Counted from the stretch's first letter, positions 9,189 to 20,811 are shown. The stretch: 64,000 bases of DNA from an uncultured Chloroflexia bacterium (GCA_963774695.1 CAVZFY010000005.1:64658-128657), one strand, 5' to 3'. Notes: generated from the sequence alone by a model not told the origin. Program-made: numbers and translations.

Positions 9189-9868
9189 TCAGGCGGCGGT
9201 GGTCGCGGCCTCGCGTGCCTGTTCGAGGGCACTCGCGAACAGCTCGGTCGGCTGGGCGCCGGAGATGCCGAACCGCCGATCGATCGCGAAGAACGGCACG
9301 CCGCTGACGCCGAGCAGTCTGCGCCTCGCGGATGTCGCTCGCGACCTCGTCCGCGTAGGCGTCGCTCTCGGCGACCTCGCGCGCGGCGCGCCTCGTCGAC
9401 CCCGACCTCGACCGCCAGGCGGACCAGGGTGTCCGGATCGTCCAGCACCGCGCCCTCGACGAACTGCGCGCGGAACAGGCGCTCATGCATCTCGGGTCCG
9501 AGGCCCTGTGACCGGGCGAGGTGGCTCATCCGGTGCGCGTCGAGCGTGTTGACCGTGACGTAGCGATCGAAGTGGTACTCGAGGCCTTCGACGGCGGCGA
9601 GCCCCACGACCCGGTCGTTCATGGCCCGGACCTGCTCGGCCGACACGCCGTACTTGTCCGCGAGCATCTTGTCGTGGTTCACACGCGAGCCGCGCGGGAT
9701 CGACGGGTCGAGCTGGAAGCTGCGCCAGGTGATCTCCACATCGTCGGCGCCGTCGAAGCCGGCCAGCGCCCGCTCGAACCGGCGCTTGCCGATGTAGCAC
9801 CAGGGGCAGGCGACGTCGGACCAGACCTCGACGATCACGCGTCGTCCATCGAATCGTTGCTCACACAA
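9189..9868 (-). pseudogene. DsbA/FrnE-like thiol:disulfide oxidoreductase (two apparent frameshifts)
   Basis: CPWC active site (VWSDVACPWCYIG). The likely start is GTG 9838 (TTG 9868 opens the ORF). The reading moves through three frames: ...RLAVEVGVDE / REVAESDAYADEVASDIREAQ / LLGVSGVPFFAIDRRFGISGAQPTELFASALEQAREAATTAA*. Shifts at about 9378-9393 and 9314-9322. Confidence 0.8.
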
Positions 9869-9969
9869 TCATCGTATCGCACGTGCCCGCGGAACTCCTC
9901 GCCTGCCCCAGCCGTCCGAGGCCTGTCCGGCGCCTCGGCCGGGCACACCATGCGTGGATGGGAGGATCG

Positions 9970-10873
9970 ATGAACCATCGGATTCACCCGATCGCCGTCC
10001 CGGTCCTGGCGCTTGCGATCGCCGCGTGTGGCACGGTCGTTCCGACGGGATCGCCCGAGTCGCCGTCGGCCGTCGACCCGACACCGGTGGCGGTCGACCC
10101 GACGCCGCCGACGTCGGCCGCATCGCCGGTCAGCGTCAAGCTCCGTCCGGATCGACGTCGACGCTCGGGCCGACGACGACGCCGCCGGCCGGCGCCGTCA
10201 CCCGCTTCGACACCGCGACGTTGTCGGCGGACGGGAAGACGCTGACGCTCGCGTTCGTCGGCGGCCAGGCGTTCTCCCTGACCAACCCGTGCTCGTCGGC
10301 CTACACGGCCTGGGCCGAGGCCGTCGGCGACGTCCTCCGCGCCGCGGTGATCGACGTCACGCCGGTCCGGGCCCACGCTCCCGCCGGGACGTCTACTGCG
10401 ACGCCGTGGGCTACGGGCGCACCGCGTCCGTCGAGCTCCCTGCGCCATTCGAAGGGTCCCGCGTGGAGGACCTCGCGGGCTACGTCCACTTCGTCCGGCC
10501 ACCCGACGGCCTCGCGGAGCTCACCGGCCTGCCGGGCGATTGGCAGCTCAGGTCCCAGCACGACGTCGAGGAGAGCCCGACGGGTCGATGGCTGCGGGTC
10601 TACGCGCCGACCGCCGACCCGGCGCTCGACGGCAGCAAGGGCCATGTCGACTTCTACCAGGCCTTCGGGGGAGCGGCCAACGTGTCGGGGGGCGACGAGC
10701 ATCGAGACGTCACGGTCAACGGCAAGCCGGCCCTGCTGTACCGGAACCCGCCGGACGGCGAGCTGGTCCTGGTCTGGTTGCTCGAAGGAAACGGGATGGC
10801 GCTCGTCGCCAACGAAGCGGACTTCTCCGCCGACGCGCTGATCAAGCTCGCGGAGAGCGCCGAGCTGCCCTGA
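9970..10873 (+). pseudogene. Putative lipoprotein, unknown function (two apparent frameshifts)
   Basis: ATG 9970 with GGAGGA 4 nt upstream. Lipobox LALAIAAC. The sequence continues in the frame of ORF 9954..10841 (TLGPTTTPPAGAVTRFDTATLSADGKTLTLAFVGG...) and then in that of ORF 10013..10873 (DVYCDAVGYGRTASVELPAPFEG...LIKLAESAELP*). Shifts at about 10146-10155 and 10362-10390. Confidence 0.6.
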
Positions 10874-10931
10874 CCGAGCGGACCACCGCGGGATCTGGAC
10901 TCGAAACCGACGCCTCGGGCAGAATTTTCGC

Positions 10932-11285
10932 GTGAGCCTGGACAACCCCCAGATCGTCGACTTCCTCGGCACGCGTCGCGACCGGAGCGCCGTGGTGCTG
11001 ACGCTGGTCGACGACTGGGACTGGACCGACGAGATGCGGCACCTGCGCGCGCTGCAGCGGAAGCTCGACGCCTACTTCGCGTTCATCGCGTCCGGCGAGC
11101 TCCTCGCGGCCTACCCGGACGCCGTCGGGAGCGACATCGAGATCGAGCTGATCGCGAGCCTGCCGATCCCCAAGCCGGGGCGCGAGCTGCTCGAGGTGGC
11201 GTCGGAGCTCGCCGAGGGCCTGTCGGCGCGGCTCAGCTATCAGGTCGTCGCCGACGTCGGCGTGCGCACCAACGAGCTGAACTAG
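10932..11285 (+). CDS. Hypothetical protein (117 aa, acidic)
   Basis: ORF with GTG start and balanced, non-repetitive composition ([52 protein letters not shown]...). No convincing SD. No family recognised with confidence. Confidence 0.45.
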   Translation: MSLDNPQIVDFLGTRRDRSAVVLTLVDDWDWTDEMRHLRALQRKLDAYFAFIASGELLAAYPDAVGSDIEIELIASLPIPKPGRELLEVASELAEGLSARLSYQVVADVGVRTNELN

Positions 11286-11304
11286 GCGTTCACCGGCCCG
11301 CCGC

Positions 11305-14300
11305 TCAGACCGCGGCCTCCACGGGTCGGCCGTCGGGGACGACCACGTCGATCGTCGTGCCCCCGTCGCGGATCGAGGTCACCGTCAGCACGCCGCCGAG
11401 GCGCTCGGCGCGCGATCGCATGCCCGCGAGGCCCAGATGGCCGTCGGGGACGGTGCCCGGATCGAAGCCGCGGCCGTCGTCGACCACCCGCAGGTGGATG
11501 CCGTCGGGGACCCGGCTCACCTCGACGCGGACCTGCTTCGCGCCCGCGTGCTTGACGACGTTGTGCAGGGCCTCCTGGGCGATCCGGTAGAGCGCCTCCT
11601 CGGTGTCGAGCGACGGGCGGTCGGCGAGGTCCCCCTCCACGACGACCGGCAGGCCGATGCGGCCCGACAGCGCCGCGCTGTGCGTCCGGAGCGCCTGGAT
11701 CAGGCCGTTCTCCTCGACGTTGCCCGGCCGGAGCTCGAAGATCAGCGCCCGCATCTCGGCGAGCGCCTCGCGCTGCAGGTCGCGCAGCGAGGCCAGCTTG
11801 CCCGGGACCTGCGACGGATCCTTGACCAGCAGCAGCTCGATCGACCGCGAGAGCAGGGTCATCGAGAACAGCGCCTGGGTCACCGAGTCGTGGAGCTCGC
11901 GCGCCAGGTGCGACCGCTCCTCGGACGAGGCGAGCTCGACGGCCTGGCGCCGAAGGTCGCGCTCGAGGCGGTCGCGCTCGCTGACGTCGCGGCCGGCGCC
12001 GTGCGCGCCGACGAACTTGCCGTCCGCGAGCATGCCGATGCTCGTGATCTCCATCGCGAGCTCGCGGCCGTCGCGGCTGAGGATCCGCAGGCGCGTCCGA
12101 TGGACCTCGGTGGGATGCTGGCGGAGCGCCCGGAAGCGGGCGAGGGCGCCGCGCCGCTCGTCCGGCGGGGCGAGCTCGCTGAACGACCGGCCGATCAGCT
12201 CCTCCGGCTCCCAGCCGAGGATCGTGCCCGACTGGTCCGACATGAACGTGAACCGGCCGACGTCGTCGGTCATCCAGACGAGGTCGGGCGACGACTGGAC
12301 GAGGTAGCGGTAGCGGACCTCGGAATCGCGCAGCTCGCGCTCGAGGCGCTCGCGCTCGCTGATGTCGCGCGCGGACCCGTGGACGCCGGCGAAGTTGCCC
12401 TGCCCGTCGACCTGCGCCACGGAGTGGATCTCGACCGGGACCGCGCCGCCGTCCTTGCGCATGAGCTCGACGCGCAGGACCTGCGGGATCGTCGGGTCGC
12501 TGGCGACGCGCTCCCAGCGGTCGGCCGCGACGTGCATCGTCGAGGGCGAGACGAGCCGGTCGAACGTCTCCCCGACCAGCTCGTCGGGGCGCCACCCGGT
12601 CAGCCGCTCGATCGTGTCCGAGAGGTAGATGAAGCGGGTCTCCTGGTCGGCCGAGAACACGATGTCGGGCGCGTTGTCGACGAGGAACCGGTAGCGCTCC
12701 TCGGACGACCGCAGCTCGAGCTCGAGGCGCTCGCGCTCGCTGATGTCGCGGGCGACGCCCCGGATGGCGACCAGCTCGCCCTTGTCGTCGACCTGCCCGA
12801 CGACGCTGACCTCGAACGGGATCTTGCGGCCGTCCTTGTGCCGCAGCAGCAGCCGGTCGGTCGACGGCCGGCCGGGGTTGGCGGCGATCTCGGCGAGCCG
12901 CTCGGGCGCCTGCGGGAAGGCCTCGATGTCGATGAACTCGGTGAACGAGTGCCCGATGAGCTCGCCGGGCAGCCAGCCGATGACGTCCTCGGTCCGGTCC
13001 GAGTAGAACGTGTAGATCCCGTGGCCGTCCATCTCGAAGATCAGGTCGGGCGACGACTGGACGAGCGAGCGGTAGCGCTCCTCGGACTCGTGGACGATGC
13101 GCTCGAGGCGCTCGCGCTCGCTGACGTCGCGGACCGTGCCCTGGGCGCCCTTGAACTCGCCGTCCTCGAAGATCCCGACGGCGGACAGCTCGGTCGGGAA
13201 CGTGCTGCCGTCCTTTCGCCGGACGACGAAGCGGAGCCGCAGGGAGCGGGTACCGGGGTCGTGGAGATCCGCCCACGACTGCAGCGCCGTGCTCATCGAG
13301 TCCTCGGCGACGATCGACGAGAAGTGCATGCCGGTCATCTCGGCCGCCGTCCAGCCGAACAGGTTCTCCGCCGTGTCGGCGAGGAACGTGAACCGGCCAT
13401 CGGCGTCGTTGCGCCAGATCACGTCCGGCGTCGTCTGCACCAGGCCGCGGTAGTTGGCCTCGGAGGCCTCGACCCGCTCGAGGAGGTCGGAGTTCGACAG
13501 GGCGATCGCGGCGTGGTCGGCGAGGGCCTGGAGGGTGGCGAGGCGGTCGGCGGGGATCGAGCCCGGCTGGGCGTAGCTGACGGCGAGGGTGCCGATGACG
13601 TCGCCGCCGGGAGCACGGAGCGGCGCGGCGGCCATCGCGCCGAGGCCCATGCGGTCCGCGACGTCGAGGTCGTTGGCCTCCCGCGGGATGCGTGGGTCGG
13701 TCGCGTAGCTCGGCGTCCAGACGACCCGCCCCTGGCCCGCCGCGAGGCCGTTGATCCCGCCGTCGATCGGGAACTCCTGGATCCGCAGCCAGTCGCGGGT
13801 CTCCTCGTCCGTGCCGCCGGCGAGCACCATCGGGCGCAGGTACGTGCGGTCCTCGGACATCCGCGTGAGGTGGGCGCCGTCCGAGGCGAGGACGCGCCGC
13901 GTCTCCTCGACGATCAGCCCGAGGATCGCGTCGGCGTCGCGGATGGACGTCACGCGGGCCGCGATCTCGCGCAGCGTCCGCTCGGTCTCGGCCCGCCGGG
14001 TGACCTCCTCGCGCGACCGGCCGAGCTCGCGGATCAGCTCCGCGTTGTGGATGGCGATCGTCGCGAGGTCCGCGAGCGCCGCGAGCAGCGCCGCCTGCTG
14101 GTCGCCGAAGCGCCCGACATCCGCCGAGAACACCGCGAGCGTGCCCAGGACCACGGCCTCGCCGATGAGCGGCGCGAAGGCGATCGACCGGATGCCGGCA
14201 CGCTCGAAGAACTCGCGGTTCGGGGCGCCGTCGGGGAACCGGTCGTCGGCGGCGTACTCGTCGGTGACGACGACCCGCCGCTCGCGGATGGCGAGGTAGA

Positions 14301-16263
14301 CGCCCGGTCCGCCGACGCCCAGGTCCTGCCACTCCGCCCGCGTCGCGTCGTCGATGCCGGCGTCGTGCGCCCAGCGGACCTCGCCGGTCGCCGGGTCCAG
14401 CAGGTCGATGACCGCGCCCGACGACCCGAGCAGGCGGGCCGCCTCGTCGACGACGTCCTGGAGCAGCTCCGCCGGGTCCTGGATCGTCATGAGGCGCCGG
14501 GCGATCTCGCGCAGCGCGCGTTCGGCATCGGCGGTGCGCTCGAGGGCGCCCTGGCTGGTCGCGAGCCGGTCCACGAGGCGCGCGTTGGCGAGCGCGACCG
14601 CCGCCTGCGCGGCCAGCGCGTCCAGCAGGCGGAGCGCGTCCTCGCCGAAGGCGTCGCGGTCCCGGTGGCCGGCCTGGAACACGCCGACGAGGCCCTCCTC
14701 GCCGACGACCGGCGCCGTGATCACCGAGTGCAGCCCGACCTCCTGCACGCCCTCGTCGCCCTCGGGGTAGTGCTTGAACCGGTGGTCGGCCATGTAGTCG
14801 CCGGTCGCGACGGGCCGGCCCTCGCGGACGGACAGGCCGGCGAGGCCGACCGGCTCCTGGTCGGCCGGGGTGTCGAGGACGGGCGCGTCGGTGAACGGGC
14901 TGCCCTCGGGGTACGTCCAGAGCACGGCGCCCTGCACCGGGTCGACCAGGTCGAGCCGGGCGCGCTCCGCGCCGAGCAGCCGGGCCGCCTCGTGGACGAT
15001 GCGCAGCAGCAGGTCGCCCGGGTCGCTGCCGATGGTCGCGAGCCGCGCGCCGATCTCGCGCAGCGTCCGCTCCTCCTCGGCGCGCCGGGCGAGGGCCTCG
15101 CGTGACCGGCCCAGCTCCTCGATCAGGCGCGCGCGGCCGAGCGCGACGGCCGACTGCCCGGCGATGGTCTCGAGGAGCGTCGCGTCGTCGGGCCCGAAGG
15201 CGTCGACCCGGGTCGACCAGACGGTGATCGCGCCGAACGGGCCCTGGTCGCCGTGGAGCGGCGTGGCGATGACGCCGTGGATGCCCTTGGACTTGACGTA
15301 CGTGTCCGGGCCCTTCCCGTGGACGAGGTTCGGGTCCGTGAGGTAGTCGGCGCTGATGTAGGTCTCGCCCGTGACGACGGCCCGGCCGGACGCACCGACC
15401 TCGAGCTTGTCGTCGGGGTCCTTGGGCCACTCGGTCTCGAGGATCTGCTCCTCGCCCGACGCCAGCAGCCCCTTGAGCAGGCGCGCCTCCGGATCCACGA
15501 TGTCGATGCGCGCGCCGTCGCCGTCGAGCAGCCGCAGGGCCTCGTCGATCGTGAACTGGACGACCGCCTCGGGGTCGCGAGCGCCGGAGATCCGGGTGCC
15601 GAGCTCGCGCAGCGAGCGTTCGACGAGCGCCTGCCGTTCGCCGGCCTGCCGCGACCGGTCCAGCTCCGCGATCAGCCGGGCGTTGGCCATCGCGAGCGCG
15701 GCATGCTCCGAGAGCGAGCGGACGAGCGCGATCTGGGGCGCCGTGAACGCGTCGGGGTGGCGCGAGAACGTGCCCAGCGCGCCGAACACCTCCATGCCGG
15801 CGACCAGCGGCGCGACGACGAGCGAGCACAGGCCCACCTCGTCGACGAACCGGTCCGTGCCTTCGGCATGGGTGAACGACGTGTCGTTGGCGTAGTCCCG
15901 CGTGACGACGATCCGCCGATCCGCGACCGCCTTGCCGAACATCCCCTTGCCGACGGGGAGCTCCAGCTCCCGGATCCAGTGATCCGGCGGCGGGTCCGCG
16001 ATGCCCGCGGAGTAGGCGAACTTGAGGATCCCCGACTCGGGGTCGAGGAGGTACAGGAAGGCGCCGTCGGCATCGAGCAGGCGCGCGGCCTCCTCGGCGG
16101 CACCCTGGAGGAGCTGCGCCTGCGAGCGGTCGGGGCGGGCGATGACGGGCGAGTCCGGGTCGACGGGCGTCACCCTGGCGGCGGTGACGGCCGCGGCGGC
16201 GGACGCGATGCCGTCCGACGACGCGTGCTTGCCGGCGGGCTTGGTGCGCGATCTGGTAGCCAC
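11305..16263 (-). CDS. Multi-sensor histidine kinase (about five GAF-like and four PAS modules, HisKA_3 + HATPase_c)
   Basis: Uninterrupted 1652-aa ORF. Five repeats of the pattern AARLL..DGA...L.D...; four PAS units each bounded by RD(I/V)SER(E/D)RLE...EERYR.LV; H-box [14 protein letters not shown]; ATPase motifs [36 protein letters not shown]. The longer overlapping ORF 11282..16270 is an off-frame artefact. Confidence 0.9.
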   Translation of the reverse strand: MATRSRTKPAGKHASSDGIASAAAAVTAARVTPVDPDSPVIARPDRSQAQLLQGAAEEAARLLDADGAFLYLLDPESGILKFAYSAGIADPPPDHWIRELELPVGKGMFGKAVADRRIVVTRDYANDTSFTHAEGTDRFVDEVGLCSLVVAPLVAGMEVFGALGTFSRHPDAFTAPQIALVRSLSEHAALAMANARLIAELDRSRQAGERQALVERSLRELGTRISGARDPEAVVQFTIDEALRLLDGDGARIDIVDPEARLLKGLLASGEEQILETEWPKDPDDKLEVGASGRAVVTGETYISADYLTDPNLVHGKGPDTYVKSKGIHGVIATPLHGDQGPFGAITVWSTRVDAFGPDDATLLETIAGQSAVALGRARLIEELGRSREALARRAEEERTLREIGARLATIGSDPGDLLLRIVHEAARLLGAERARLDLVDPVQGAVLWTYPEGSPFTDAPVLDTPADQEPVGLAGLSVREGRPVATGDYMADHRFKHYPEGDEGVQEVGLHSVITAPVVGEEGLVGVFQAGHRDRDAFGEDALRLLDALAAQAAVALANARLVDRLATSQGALERTADAERALREIARRLMTIQDPAELLQDVVDEAARLLGSSGAVIDLLDPATGEVRWAHDAGIDDATRAEWQDLGVGGPGVYLAIRERRVVVTDEYAADDRFPDGAPNREFFERAGIRSIAFAPLIGEAVVLGTLAVFSADVGRFGDQQAALLAALADLATIAIHNAELIRELGRSREEVTRRAETERTLREIAARVTSIRDADAILGLIVEETRRVLASDGAHLTRMSEDRTYLRPMVLAGGTDEETRDWLRIQEFPIDGGINGLAAGQGRVVWTPSYATDPRIPREANDLDVADRMGLGAMAAAPLRAPGGDVIGTLAVSYAQPGSIPADRLATLQALADHAAIALSNSDLLERVEASEANYRGLVQTTPDVIWRNDADGRFTFLADTAENLFGWTAAEMTGMHFSSIVAEDSMSTALQSWADLHDPGTRSLRLRFVVRRKDGSTFPTELSAVGIFEDGEFKGAQGTVRDVSERERLERIVHESEERYRSLVQSSPDLIFEMDGHGIYTFYSDRTEDVIGWLPGELIGHSFTEFIDIEAFPQAPERLAEIAANPGRPSTDRLLLRHKDGRKIPFEVSVVGQVDDKGELVAIRGVARDISERERLELELRSSEERYRFLVDNAPDIVFSADQETRFIYLSDTIERLTGWRPDELVGETFDRLVSPSTMHVAADRWERVASDPTIPQVLRVELMRKDGGAVPVEIHSVAQVDGQGNFAGVHGSARDISERERLERELRDSEVRYRYLVQSSPDLVWMTDDVGRFTFMSDQSGTILGWEPEELIGRSFSELAPPDERRGALARFRALRQHPTEVHRTRLRILSRDGRELAMEITSIGMLADGKFVGAHGAGRDVSERDRLERDLRRQAVELASSEERSHLARELHDSVTQALFSMTLLSRSIELLLVKDPSQVPGKLASLRDLQREALAEMRALIFELRPGNVEENGLIQALRTHSAALSGRIGLPVVVEGDLADRPSLDTEEALYRIAQEALHNVVKHAGAKQVRVEVSRVPDGIHLRVVDDGRGFDPGTVPDGHLGLAGMRSRAERLGGVLTVTSIRDGGTTIDVVVPDGRPVEAAV

Positions 16264-16522
16264 GATCCAACGAGTCTAGACGGCGTCCCGCGTTGCGGCG
16301 TGCGTCATCTGTCCCGGCCGAGGGTGGCCGGACGTCGATCCCGACGCTGCCCGAGGACGAGGGTCACGACGCGCCGTTCGTGGTCATCGGGTGGCCACCA
16401 CCGTCCGGCGTGCCGGGCAGGGCGGCGACCGTACGGTTCCCCACGTCGTCAGCCCACCACCGACGACGAACCAGCAGCAAGGTCAACCAAGCCCCCGCTC
16501 GTCCACCCGGAGGTCCATCACC

Positions 16523-16951
16523 GTGAACGACTCGACCAAGAGCGACCTCACCGTCGCCGGCGTCGCGCTCCGCTTCGGCATCGTCGCCCTCACCCTGGGC
16601 ACCGCCTACATCCACTCCACCCTCGGCGGCATGCTGTTCACGATGAACGCGACCGGGTACGCCGTCGCCGCCGTGGCGATGATCGTGCCGATCGCGCTCG
16701 CGGTCCGCTTCCGCTGGTTCGTCCGCCTCGGGCTGATCGGCTACGCGCTGGCCTCGATCATCGGCTGGGTCATCATGGGCCCGCGCTACGACACGGCGTA
16801 CCTCGCCAAGGCCATCGAAGTCAGCCTGATCTTCCTGCTCGCGGTCGACTTCCTGCGCGCCGACGGCAACCCGGTCAAGGTCGTTCGCCGCGAGGTCGCG
16901 CTCGGCCTGTCGAAGGTCGGCCAGCTCCGCAGCCCCGCCCCGGCGGCCTGA
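16523..16951 (+). CDS. Small integral membrane protein (about 4 TM)
   Basis: GTG 16523 has GGAGG ~10 nt upstream, inside ORF 16391..16951. TM spans VALRFGIVALTLGTAYI, GYAVAAVAMIVPIALAV, LGLIGYALASIIGWVIM, IEVSLIFLLAVDFL. 12 nt upstream of the cupredoxin gene. Confidence 0.6.
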   Translation: MNDSTKSDLTVAGVALRFGIVALTLGTAYIHSTLGGMLFTMNATGYAVAAVAMIVPIALAVRFRWFVRLGLIGYALASIIGWVIMGPRYDTAYLAKAIEVSLIFLLAVDFLRADGNPVKVVRREVALGLSKVGQLRSPAPAA

Positions 16952-16963
16952 GGAAAGCGGACG

Positions 16964-17350
16964 ATGAAGCGACTCGTCGCCACCATCGCGCTCGCAGCCG
17001 TCGCGCTCGTCGCGGCGGCCTGCGGGAACACCAACGCGGACCAGCCCGCCGGGCCCGCCGCCTCGGTCGACCCGAACGCCCCGGCGATCGTCGCCAAGGA
17101 CATCAAGTTCGTCACCACCGACGTCAAGGTCCCGGCCGGCAAGGCCTTCCAGCTCACGTTCGACAACCAGGACGGCGCCCCGCACAACGTGGCCATCTAC
17201 ACGGACTCGTCCGCGAGCCAGGCCAAGTTCCAGGGCGAGATCTTCGCCGGCGGGACGCGGGTCTACTCGGTCCCGGCCCTCGCCGCCGGCACCTACTACT
17301 TCCGGTGCGATGTGCACCCGGACATGAACGGGACGATCGTCGCCCAATAG
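16964..17350 (+). CDS. Cupredoxin-domain lipoprotein (type-1 copper site candidate)
   Basis: ATG 16964 after GAGGA. Lipobox LVAAAC. Candidate blue-copper ligand pattern H (APHNVAIY) ... C-x2-H-x2-M (FRCDVHPDM). Confidence 0.8.
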   Translation: MKRLVATIALAAVALVAAACGNTNADQPAGPAASVDPNAPAIVAKDIKFVTTDVKVPAGKAFQLTFDNQDGAPHNVAIYTDSSASQAKFQGEIFAGGTRVYSVPALAAGTYYFRCDVHPDMNGTIVAQ

Positions 17351-17384
17351 GTCGGTCGACCCCCTCCTCCCTCGCGCGCTCCAG

Positions 17385-17410
17385 CCCCGGTCCGCTTCGG
17401 CGGACCGGGG
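17385..17410 (+). terminator. Stem-loop CCCCGGTCCGC-ttcg-GCGGACCGGGG after the cupredoxin gene
   Basis: Perfect 11-bp GC-rich stem with a UUCG loop, 35 nt after the stop. No U-tract (common in high-GC genomes), so function is inferred. Confidence 0.45.
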
Positions 17411-17462
17411 CATCCGTCCGTGTCGCCGCGATAAGGTGATGGCCGGACGCTGGCGGGAGACG

Positions 17463-18380
17463 ATGCTCGAGATCCGGGGACTGACGAAGCACTACGGCCA
17501 GGTGACGGCGCTGGACGGCGCGTCGCTGACCGCGCGCCGCGGGCGCCTGCTCGGGTTCCTCGGGCCGAACGGCGCGGGCAAGACCACGACGATGCGCTGC
17601 ATCTTCGGGCTGGCCGTGCCGGAGGCCGGGGAGGTCTGCTGGGACGGGCGGCCGGTCGACGCCGACGCGCGGCTGCGGTTCGGGTACATGCCCGAGCAGC
17701 GCGGCCTCTATCCGCGGATGCGGGTCGGCGAGCAGCTGGCCTACTTCGGCCAGCACCACGGCCTGTCGCGGCGGGACGCGACGGCGCGAGCGAACACGTG
17801 GCTCGAGCGCTTCGGGCTGGCGGACCGAACGAAGTCCAAGCTCGAGGACCTCTCGCACGGCAACCAGCAGCGGATCCAGCTCGCGACCGCGCTCGTCCAC
17901 GACCCCGAGCTGCTCGTGCTCGACGAGCCGTTCTCGGGCCTCGACCCGCTCGGCGTCGCGACGATGACCGAGGTGCTCCGCGAGCGGGCCGCGGCGGGCG
18001 TCGGCGTCGTGTTCAGCTCGCACCAGCTCGACCTCGTCGAGGAGATGTGCGAGGACGTCGTCATCGTGAGCCGCGGGCGCGTCGTCGCCGACGGCGAGAT
18101 CGGCGCGCTCAAGGCGGCGTCCGGCCGGCGGCACCTCGAGGTCGAGGTGATCGGGAGCAACGGCGCCTGGCTCGACGGCCGCGACGAGTACACCGTGCTC
18201 GAGCGCGAGGGCGACTGGGTGAAGCTGCTGGTCGACGAGCACGCCGACCTGGCCGGCATCCTGCTCGCCGCGCGAGCCGCGGGCGAGGTCCGACGGTTCA
18301 CCTTCGAGCCGCCGAAGCTCTCGGAGCTGTTCATGGAGGCCGTCACGGCCCCGCAGCCGGGCGCCGAGGTGGCGCGATGA
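17463..18380 (+). CDS. ABC transporter ATP-binding protein (ABC-2 type)
   Basis: ATG 17463 (MLEIRGLTKHYG) inside ORF 17436..18380. Walker A GPNGAGKTT, signature LSHGNQQR, Walker B LLVLDEP, SSH. The stop overlaps the next start (ATGA at 18377). Confidence 0.85.
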   Translation: MLEIRGLTKHYGQVTALDGASLTARRGRLLGFLGPNGAGKTTTMRCIFGLAVPEAGEVCWDGRPVDADARLRFGYMPEQRGLYPRMRVGEQLAYFGQHHGLSRRDATARANTWLERFGLADRTKSKLEDLSHGNQQRIQLATALVHDPELLVLDEPFSGLDPLGVATMTEVLRERAAAGVGVVFSSHQLDLVEEMCEDVVIVSRGRVVADGEIGALKAASGRRHLEVEVIGSNGAWLDGRDEYTVLEREGDWVKLLVDEHADLAGILLAARAAGEVRRFTFEPPKLSELFMEAVTAPQPGAEVAR

Positions 18381-19535
18381 TCGGGCGGCTGCGCGCGATC
18401 CGGCTCGTCGCGATGCGCGAGATCCTCGAGCGCGGACGCAGTCGCGGCTACCTGCTCTCGCTGCTGTTCACCGTGATCCTGCTCGGGGCGGGGTTCGTGC
18501 TGCCGGCCCTGCTGCTCGGCCAGGAGAAGTCGCCGAAGCTGGCGCTGGTCGACCCGGTGCCCGCCGGGCTCCAGTCGGCCATCGAGAGCGTCGCAACGGG
18601 CTACAAGGTCACGCTCGACATCAGCCGCGTGCCGGATCAGGCGGCCGGCGAGGCGGCGGTCCGCGACAAGGCGGTCGACGCCGCGCTCGCCGTCCCGGCC
18701 GACCTGTCGACCGCCGGCGAGCTCATCGTGCTCGACGACCCCAACAACCAGATCCAGACGATCACGAGCAATGCGGTGATCGGCCTCCGCGCCGGCGAGG
18801 ATGCCGCTCCAACCGCCGACCGTGACCTCCCTCGAGCCGCCGACCGCCGAGCACACGACGGCACTGATCTTCGCCAACGCCGGGATCATCCTGATGTTCA
18901 TCGGCATCTTCACCTACGGCACCTGGGTGCTCACGGGCGTCGTCGAGGAGAAGCAGAGCCGGGTCGTCGAGGTGGTCCTGACCACCGTCCGGCCGCGCGA
19001 CCTCCTGATGGGCAAGGTGCTCGGGATCGGGCTGCTGGCGCTGGTCCAGCTCGTGATCATCGTCACGGCCGGGCTCGCCGCCGCGCAGCTGAGCGGGCGC
19101 CTCACCCTGCCCGCCACGACGGTGAGCGCGGTGGTCCAGCTCCTCGCCTGGTTCATCCTCGGGTTCGCGTTCTACTCGACCGCGATGGGCTTCCTCGGGT
19201 CCCTCGCCTCGCGCGTGGACGAGGCCTCGAACGCGTCGATGCCGGTCACGATGACCGCGACGCTGTCGTACCTGCTGTCGATCCTGCTGGTGACCCAGGA
19301 GCCCAACGGCATCGTCGCGACCATCCTCACGTTCTTCCCGCCGTCGGCGCCGATGGTCGTGCCGCTGCGCACGGCGCTCGGGGCGATCCAGCCCTGGGAG
19401 GCCGCGCTGTCGATCGTGCTGATGATCGCCGCGATCTGGGTCCTGTTCGTCGTCGGCGGCCGCGTCTACTCCGGCGCGGTGCTCCAGACGGGCGGACGGA
19501 TGAAGCTGCGCGACGCCTGGCGCGCGTCGCGCTGA
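18377..19535 (+). pseudogene. ABC-2 transporter permease (one apparent frameshift)
   Basis: MIGRLRAIRLVAMREILERGRSRGYLLSLLFTVILLGAGFVL... is read in the frame of ORF 17798..19735 up to ...NAVIGLRAGE. It then continues in ORF 18801..19535 (PLQPPTVTSLEPP...multiple TM...). Shift at about 18790-18805. Confidence 0.75.
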
Positions 19536-19549
19536 CCCTTCGCCGGCGG

Positions 19550-20153
19550 TCAACCCGCCCGCTGGACCTCCTCGTACCGGAAGCACGTCGTCACGTGGTC
19601 GTTGACGAGCCCGGCCGACTGCATCAGGGCGTAGCAGATCGTCGGGCCCGACGAAGCGGAAGCCCCTCGCGCGCAGGTCCCGGCTCATCGCCCGTGAGGC
19701 ATCCGTCTCGGACGGGATGCTCCCGCCCGCCGTGAAGGCGTTGACCACCGGCTTCCCGTCCACGAACGACCACAGGTGCTCGACCAGGCTCGACCCGGCC
19801 GCCTGCAGCGCGAGGGTCGCCTGGGCGTTGCCGATGGCCGACGTCACCTTCCCGCGGTTGCGCACGATCCCCGCGTCCCCCATCAGTCGTTCGACGTCGT
19901 CGTCACCGAAGGCGGCGACCGTCGCCGGGTCGAAGTCGGCGAACGCGCGCCGGTAGCCGTCGCGCTTGCGCAGGATCGTCCACCACGACAGGCCGGCCTG
20001 CGCCCCTTCCAGCACGAGCAGCTCGAACAGGTGCCGCTCGTCCCGGATCGGCACGCCCCACTCGGTGTCGTGGTACGCGCGGTAGTCCGGCTCGGGGTTG
20101 TCGCCCCAGCCGCAGCGCGGCCGTTCGTCCGTGGTGCCTGTGGGCTCCGCCAT
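19550..20153 (-). pseudogene. tag: DNA-3-methyladenine glycosylase I (one apparent frameshift near the C-terminus)
   Basis: N-terminus of ORF 18762..20153: RCGWG...YHDTEWGVP...LVLEGAQAGLSWWTILRKR...RARGFRFVGP. The expected ending TICYALMQSAGLVNDHVTTCFRYEEVQRAG* lies in another frame and ends at 19550. Shift at about 19640-19650. Confidence 0.8.
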
Positions 20154-20811
20154 GGCGCGAATCCTATCGGTGACGGCTTATCGGGCGCTTATCATCGCGC
20201 TCGTGACCGCCGAGCCCGACCCGTACGCGGTGCTGGGCGTTCGCCCGGACGCGACCACGAGCACGATCTCCGCCGCGTACCGGACGCTCGCCCGTCGCCA
20301 TCATCCCGACGTCTCCGGTGACCTGAACGCCGAACGACGGATGGCGGTGATCAACGCGGCTTGGGCGACCCTCCGCGATCCCGAGCGCCGCGCCGCGTGG
20401 GACCGCGAGCACGCGCCGAAGGCCCCGTCGCCGGACCGCGGCACGACGCACCGAACGGGCCACGGGACGGCGTCGAGGCACGCCGCGACGACGTCGGCAT
20501 CGGCGTCGACGCACGGCGGCGCCCACAGCCGCTCCGCCGAGACCTCGACAGGCTGGCGTCGCGGACCGCACGGTGAGGGCGCGGCCGGTCCGCCGCCCGG
20601 CAACCCGCGAGGCAGCGTGCTCACGTTCGGTCGCCACATCGGGTGGTCGTTGGGTGAGATCGCCCGCGTGGACCCGGGCTACCTCCACTGGCTCGCGGGG
20701 CACCGCGAGGGCGGCCGGTATCGCGCCGAGATCGACGAGATCCTGGCGCCGATGCTGTCGCGCCCTGAGCCCAAGGCCGAGCCCAGGCGCCGGCGCGCCA
20801 TCTTCCGCTAG
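20152..20811 (+). CDS. J-domain (DnaJ-like) protein with C-terminal DUF3820-like region
   Basis: J-domain DPYAVLGV...YRTLARRHHPDVSG...INAAWATLRDPERRAAWD. C-terminal VLTFGRHIGWSLGEIARVDPGYLHWL. The start is uncertain (ATG 20152, GTG 20170 or GTG 20203). ATG 20152 overlaps the tag start on the other strand (CATG). Confidence 0.75.
   Translation: MARILSVTAYRALIIALVTAEPDPYAVLGVRPDATTSTISAAYRTLARRHHPDVSGDLNAERRMAVINAAWATLRDPERRAAWDREHAPKAPSPDRGTTHRTGHGTASRHAATTSASASTHGGAHSRSAETSTGWRRGPHGEGAAGPPPGNPRGSVLTFGRHIGWSLGEIARVDPGYLHWLAGHREGGRYRAEIDEILAPMLSRPEPKAEPRRRRAIFR

Noticed and set aside
20151-20154. Back-to-back overlapping start codons (CATG) of tag and the J-domain gene, as a possible regulatory oddity.
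   Set aside because: The J-domain begins about 17 codons further in. Downstream GTGs (20170, 20203) are equally plausible starts, so the overlap is probably an ORF-calling artefact.
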